From a virus (Duplodnaviria > Caudoviricetes), in the IMG/VR virus record IMGVR_UViG_3300044260_000018, positions 1 through 37,366 of that record: a DNA stretch of 37,366 nucleotides; one strand, given 5' to 3'. Positions 32,598 to 37,366 of this stretch are shown piece after piece (within the stretch, counting starts at the first letter, position 1; the number at the start of each line of letters is the position of its first letter). Under the pieces are notes generated by a model. That model searched no databases. It was not told where the DNA came from and saw only the letters and a program-made list of their open reading frames with translations. Made by a program: the position numbers and the translations under genes.

Positions 32598-32980
32598 TCG
32601 GCCTCTCCCTCGTCCTGCAACAGCGATGGGGAGCCCTAGAGGCCGACTTCACCAGGTACTACTCGGCCGACCTGCGGGCGCTCTGTTGGGGTAACTCCCG
32701 ATGGAGCGCTCGCCGGCTCTTGGAACACATCAAGCATCTGCCGCGCGACTCGGCCTACGTGCGCTCGCTGCAGGGCGAGCACGCGTATTGGGACGAGGCC
32801 GAGAGCCTGCTCGCTGAGGTGCTCGATGCGGTCGAGCGGCAGACGTACTACCTGCTCGCGGTCAACGGCAACGAGGCACCGATCCCGACACCGTTCCCGC
32901 GCCCGGGCGCCAAGCCGGCTGAACCGCAGACCGTTTCGCTGTCCGATTTTGTGAACTCGCTAGGAGCCGACGATGTCTGA
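32289..32980 (+). CDS. Tail assembly chaperone, -1 frameshift extended form
   Basis: GGGGGAA at 32588-32594; the -1 frame is open to 32980 and encodes ALEADF.RYY..DL..HLPRDS. Confidence 0.85.
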
Positions 32981-35135
32981 CGAATCTCTCTCAGGCGGCA
33001 CCGTATCGCTGCCCGTCTCGCCCGACACGAAGGGGTTCAGCGAGAAGCTGCGCTCGGGCATCGAAGGCGAGTCGTCCGGCATCGCCGCCATCGGCGCGAA
33101 GCTCGGCGGCGCGCTCATGGCCGGGCTCGGTGCGGTCGGCATCGCGCTCGGCATCGGCGAGTTCGTGAAGAAGGGCGTCGAAGAGTACTCGGCGGCGGAC
33201 GCGCTAAACGCGCAGTTCGCCGCCGGGCTCCAGTCAACTCACAATGCGGCGGGTCTGACCGTCAAGGGGATGGACGACCTCGCGGCGTCTATCTCGAACT
33301 ACTCGGGGCAGGCATACGACTCGATCGGCAAGACCGAGCAGGTGCTGCAGACGTTCACCAACATCCGCAACGTCGGTCCCGACAAGATCTTCGACGACGC
33401 GACCACCGCGGCCGCGAACATGGCGGCCAAGCTCGGCGGCGACGCGTCCTCGAGCGCGATCCAGCTCGGGAAGGCGCTCAACGACCCAGTGAAGGGCGTC
33501 ACCGCTCTCGTGCGCGTCGGCGTCACGTTCACTCAGGCGCAGAAAGACTCGATCGCAGCGATGGTCGCCTCTGGCGACACGATGGGTGCTCAGCGAGTCA
33601 TCCTGAACGAACTCAATACCGAATTCGGCGGGGCTGCTAAGGCGGCAGGCGAGACGTTCCCGGGCGCGATCAACCGTTCAAAGGTCGCGTTCGGCGAGCT
33701 GACGAAAGCCGTCGTGACGAGCATCCTGCCGCTGCTGACGCCTGTCATCGGCGGCGTCGCAGACCTTATGAACAAGGTCACGCCGAAGATCGACGCATTC
33801 TCGGAGCACGTGCACAACGCGTTCGACTACGTGCGCGGATACATGTCGGGGAAGGGATCCGACGCCGAGGTCGGCGCGTGGGAAGGGCCCCTGCAGTTCA
33901 TCGCAGGGCTCGCGATGAAAATCGGCGACACGTTTCACACCGTGTTCGACGGCCTGAAGCCGGTATTCGAGAACGTCGGGAAGATGTTTGCCTACCTCGC
34001 CCCGCAGCTGGCGCCCCTCATCCCGCAGCTGCTGGCGCTCTGGCAGTCGTTTTCGCCGGTCAGCATCATCTTCCACGCGCTGCTGCCCGTGCTGCCGCAG
34101 ATCGTCACGATGCTCGGCGTGCTGGGAACCGTCATATCCGGGGCGCTCGGCGAGACGCTCAAGGCGCTAATGCCGATCGTCACACAGCTTGTGAAGGTAC
34201 TCACCGGCGACCTCGCCGGCATCTTCAAGGCGCTGACGCCGATCATCTCCCAGCTCGTCCTCGTCGTGACCGGCATGCTGACGAAGGTCATCCAAGAGCT
34301 GCTGCCCGTGATCGTCATGCTCGCCGGTTTCCTCGGGCAGGTGTTCCAGGCGATCCAGCCGCTCATCCCGGTCGTGCTCCACCTGGTCGAAGCGTTCCTG
34401 CCGCTGCTCGCGCCGCTGCTGTCGATCGTCGACTCGATCCTGCCGCTGCTCATCCCCCTGTTCGGCGAGCTGCTCAAGCCGATCCTCGCCCTGGCGACGA
34501 CGCTGATCAATGCGCTCATGCCGATCCTCTCGGCGCTCATCCAAGCGCTCGCGACGATCCTCCCGCCGGTGATCAAAGCACTCATGCCGATATTCCAATC
34601 GGTCGTCTCGATCCTCGGCGACGTGCTGACGCCGATCATCGCCGGCGTCACGCAGGTGCTCGGCGGGGTGATCGACTTCCTGACGGGAGTCTTCACCGGC
34701 AACTGGTCGAAGGTCTGGAAGGGCATCGGGGAGATTTTCTCCGGAATCTGGAACGGCCTCGTCGGCGTCGTGAAGGGCGTCGTAAACGGGATCATCGACC
34801 TGATCAACGGCGTGATCAAGGGCGTCGACTCGATCGGCGGCGCGGTCGGCATCAAGATCGGCGTCATTCCCCACCTGGCGAACAGCGGCACCGTTCTCCC
34901 GACGCCGGGCGGCACGATCGTCCGCGTCGCCGAGGGCGGCAAAGCCGAGTCCGTGGTCGATACCGGGAAGCTGAACGACCTCATGGACCGCGCCGGCGGC
35001 ACGGGAGACGTGCACGTGACGGTCGTCAACAAGACCGGTGTCGCGCTCGATGACCTCATCGAGCTTCACATCGAACGCAACAACCAGAAGACACAGGTCG
35101 CATTCTCGACCGGTGTTCAGAGAGGGCTGATCTAG
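32973..35135 (+). CDS. Tape measure protein
   Basis: 720 aa; QLGKALNDP motif; periodic Pro-punctuated amphipathic repeats; Trp repeats. Confidence 0.95.
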   Translation: MSDESLSGGTVSLPVSPDTKGFSEKLRSGIEGESSGIAAIGAKLGGALMAGLGAVGIALGIGEFVKKGVEEYSAADALNAQFAAGLQSTHNAAGLTVKGMDDLAASISNYSGQAYDSIGKTEQVLQTFTNIRNVGPDKIFDDATTAAANMAAKLGGDASSSAIQLGKALNDPVKGVTALVRVGVTFTQAQKDSIAAMVASGDTMGAQRVILNELNTEFGGAAKAAGETFPGAINRSKVAFGELTKAVVTSILPLLTPVIGGVADLMNKVTPKIDAFSEHVHNAFDYVRGYMSGKGSDAEVGAWEGPLQFIAGLAMKIGDTFHTVFDGLKPVFENVGKMFAYLAPQLAPLIPQLLALWQSFSPVSIIFHALLPVLPQIVTMLGVLGTVISGALGETLKALMPIVTQLVKVLTGDLAGIFKALTPIISQLVLVVTGMLTKVIQELLPVIVMLAGFLGQVFQAIQPLIPVVLHLVEAFLPLLAPLLSIVDSILPLLIPLFGELLKPILALATTLINALMPILSALIQALATILPPVIKALMPIFQSVVSILGDVLTPIIAGVTQVLGGVIDFLTGVFTGNWSKVWKGIGEIFSGIWNGLVGVVKGVVNGIIDLINGVIKGVDSIGGAVGIKIGVIPHLANSGTVLPTPGGTIVRVAEGGKAESVVDTGKLNDLMDRAGGTGDVHVTVVNKTGVALDDLIELHIERNNQKTQVAFSTGVQRGLI

Positions 35136-35960
35136 ATGTCGTACGCCCCGACACTGACGCAGTATCTCGACCCAAACCCCTCGCCGCGTTGCCTGGTCAC
35201 GTTCTCAACTGTCGCCCCCACGGCGGCGACTTTGACCGTGTACCGGGTGGCCGCGGGGCGGCAGTTCCAAGTGCGCGGCGGCGTCAACCTCGCCTGTGTC
35301 GGCGGTGTGGCGGTCATGGACTACGAAGTTCCCTTCGGGATCCCGGCCGTCTACCAAGCGCAGATGTTCGACAGCTCGGGCAACTCCCTCGGGTTCACCG
35401 ACATGGCGACGACGACGCTCGCGGTCACGGCTGCGTGGATTCATCAGCCGCTGTCGCCAACGCTCGCAATCTCGCCGACAGTAACGGCCGAGAGCATGCC
35501 GACGCTCGTCCGGGAAACCCCCGGCGAGCTACTCGCGGTGGAGGGCGCCACGGTCAACACGTGGATCGGCGGCCAGCGACTCGGCTTCGGCAAGACGGCG
35601 CTGACGATCCTCTGTGCGACGACCGCTGATGCCGACGAGTTTCAGTCGATGTTCGGCGGGTACAGCACGAGTTTCCCCGCGGTTCTCTGCATACGCACGC
35701 CGCCCCCGTTCCGGCTCCCGCCGGTGTTCTTCGCGGCGTGCCCGTCGCCGCAGGAACTCGGGTACGCCGCGGCATCGACCCTCATTTTCAACCTCGCGTG
35801 CGACGAGGTGCGACCGCCAACGCCGGGGCTCGTCATTCCGATCCTGCGGCGCGAAGACATCGACGCCGCGTACACCACTCGAGCAGCTCGAGCGGCCGCC
35901 TATGCGACGCGCATCGCCCGCGACAACGACTACACGAAAGCCGGCTTGGCCGGCCCCTAG
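35136..35960 (+). CDS. Minor tail protein (distal tail candidate)
   Basis: Follows the tape measure gene; DYEVPFG..Y motif. Confidence 0.8.
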   Translation: MSYAPTLTQYLDPNPSPRCLVTFSTVAPTAATLTVYRVAAGRQFQVRGGVNLACVGGVAVMDYEVPFGIPAVYQAQMFDSSGNSLGFTDMATTTLAVTAAWIHQPLSPTLAISPTVTAESMPTLVRETPGELLAVEGATVNTWIGGQRLGFGKTALTILCATTADADEFQSMFGGYSTSFPAVLCIRTPPPFRLPPVFFAACPSPQELGYAAASTLIFNLACDEVRPPTPGLVIPILRREDIDAAYTTRAARAAAYATRIARDNDYTKAGLAGP

Positions 35961-35968
35961 GAGGTTCG

Positions 35969-37090
35969 ATGCGCGCCGGATCCGCAATGCTCCGACAGGT
36001 ACTGCTCGGCAGCTTCGACGCGAACTACCAGGTCGACGTGTTCTCGAACGGCGTGCGCGTCCTCAAGAACGTCCCCGTGACCGACGTGCAAATGAACGAT
36101 GACGCATCGTCGCTCGTGCAGACCTCGGGCTCGCTGACGATCGCCTACCAAGACGACTTCGGCGCCTCAATCGCTCCGCTCGCGATCGGCGATGTTCTTT
36201 CCCCGTTCGGCACACAGGTTCGGCTCTCGCTCGTGATCACCGACTCGGCGGCGTTCGTCGAACGGGTGCAGCTCGGGCTCTTCCTCATCTCGGGCGCACC
36301 CGTGATCAATGCGACATGGCGGCTGTTCAACGGGGCGATTCTCTCCGACGGCGACGTCATCCAAATCAACTTCAAGGATCTGTTCGCGCGAACCCAACGG
36401 AACACGTTCGCCGTGCCCGGCTCGCCGCCGTCGCTGGCGTCTACGTGGGCCGAGGTGCAGCGCCTTACGCAACTGCCAATCACGCGCAGCATCGCCGACG
36501 CGGCAATCTCAAGCTCGATCACCTACCAACAGGACCGACTGCAGGCCGTGTACGACCTCGCGACCGGACTCGACGCGACCGCCTGCCTGACAGCCGACGG
36601 AACCGTGTCGATGCGCCCCAACGCGTATCCCGCCGTCGTCGACACGATCGTCGGCGGCGACGGCGGCACGCTCATCTCGGCCCCGCGCGCGATGGCGAAC
36701 GACACCGTCTACAACCGGATAGACGTCGTCGACACCGCCGGCAACATCCTCGGCAGCGCACAGATCACCACCGGCCAACTCCGAGCAGTGAACCCCGACG
36801 GATCACTCAGCCCATACGGCACCGTCCCCTACCGGTACTCGTCACCACTCATCACCACCGCCGCACAAGCGAACGCCTTCGCCGCAGCCAACCTCCCGCG
36901 CGTTTCCACGCTGCGAGCGCAGGTCGTCGTCGTCACCGAAGTGATGAACCCGCTTCGGGACCTCGGCGACGTCGTCACGGTCAAGCGCATGGCGTCGGGT
37001 GTCGTCGTGGAGCAGTTCACCGGTCGGGTGACGAAGATCACGCGCACGACGGCGAAGACGCAGCAGACAACATTGGCGGTGGGACAGTGA
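35969..37090 (+). CDS. Minor tail protein (baseplate hub candidate)
   Basis: AGGAGG RBS; LSPFG, YN.I.V, YGTVP..YSSPLI and NP.RDLGD motifs. Confidence 0.82.
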   Translation: MRAGSAMLRQVLLGSFDANYQVDVFSNGVRVLKNVPVTDVQMNDDASSLVQTSGSLTIAYQDDFGASIAPLAIGDVLSPFGTQVRLSLVITDSAAFVERVQLGLFLISGAPVINATWRLFNGAILSDGDVIQINFKDLFARTQRNTFAVPGSPPSLASTWAEVQRLTQLPITRSIADAAISSSITYQQDRLQAVYDLATGLDATACLTADGTVSMRPNAYPAVVDTIVGGDGGTLISAPRAMANDTVYNRIDVVDTAGNILGSAQITTGQLRAVNPDGSLSPYGTVPYRYSSPLITTAAQANAFAAANLPRVSTLRAQVVVVTEVMNPLRDLGDVVTVKRMASGVVVEQFTGRVTKITRTTAKTQQTTLAVGQ

Positions 37091-37366
37091 GCGCGACCCT
37101 CGCCCTGCAGCAGCTGCTCGCGGGCAAATCGAAGGTGTCGACCTACATTGCCGCTGTGCAATCGGTCACGACGACCGGTTTCACGGTCGTCATCAACGGG
37201 CAGGGCACGCTTACGGCGCTCGCGGGATCTGACTATCTGCCGGCGATCGGCGAGCTCGTGCGCGTCTGGTTCGTCGACGGAGTCGCATTCGTGATGGGTC
37301 CGGACTTCCCGAACCCGTCGCAGGGAACGGTCGTGTCGGTCGCGTCGGGGCTCGTGACGCTCTCGA
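37087..37366 (+). CDS. Minor tail protein, 5' part (continues at position 1 to 726)
   Basis: GTGA overlap with the upstream stop; frame matches ORF 19-726 across the junction. Confidence 0.8.
   Translation, partial: MSATLALQQLLAGKSKVSTYIAAVQSVTTTGFTVVINGQGTLTALAGSDYLPAIGELVRVWFVDGVAFVMGPDFPNPSQGTVVSVASGLVTLS
37240..37366 (+). repeat. 127-bp terminal overlap, right copy
   Basis: Identical to 1-127. Confidence 0.97.

Larger units (their letters stand above)
1..37366. mobile_element. Complete temperate siphovirus genome (circular contig), actinobacterial host
   Basis: Full set of packaging, head, tail, lysis, integration, immunity and replication modules; intact attP; ends overlap by 127 bp. 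Confidence 0.95.

Noticed and set aside
33992-35069. Long repetitive minus-strand ORFs
   Set aside because: Shadows of the tape measure repeats
37240-37366. 127-bp terminal direct repeat as biological phage termini
   Set aside because: It falls mid-gene and equals a common assembler k-mer length; the packaging genes point to cos ends near 22.7 kb

Overview
This window is a complete, circularly closed genome of a temperate, high-GC actinobacterial siphovirus. Its unit length is about 37,239 bp, because bases 1-127 are repeated exactly at 37240-37366. The host is probably a Micrococcales/Microbacteriaceae-type organism: there is no LysB, and attP matches the 3' half of a tRNA-Phe(GAA). Gene order: minor tail genes; GH25 endolysin and three membrane proteins; a collagen-fibre plus DUF4082-like pair; a leftward two-gene leaderless cassette; attP and tyrosine integrase; two leftward XRE-HTH genes and a symmetric repressor/cro switch; a long coupled early operon (xis, HicA-like/DUF4258 nuclease, RusA, HTH replication initiator with iterons, SSB, C5 methyltransferase, HAD phosphatase, many small ORFs); a putative late control region; then HNH, terS, terL, Sm-like protein, portal-MuF fusion, protease, capsid, neck, tail, frameshifted chaperone, tape measure and baseplate. 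The most interesting signals are: (1) a 16-bp operator paired at 20-bp spacing at both switch promoters and again at a late promoter/short-RNA/terminator unit, together with two boxA-like structured leaders, which suggests a lambda-like antitermination circuit; (2) a stand-alone 23-aa peptide ending in CESCQ; (3) an antisense ORF that mimics the repressor C-terminus; (4) a two-domain predicted RNase; (5) an internal translation start in the endolysin. All family assignments come from recognising motifs by eye, not from database searches.
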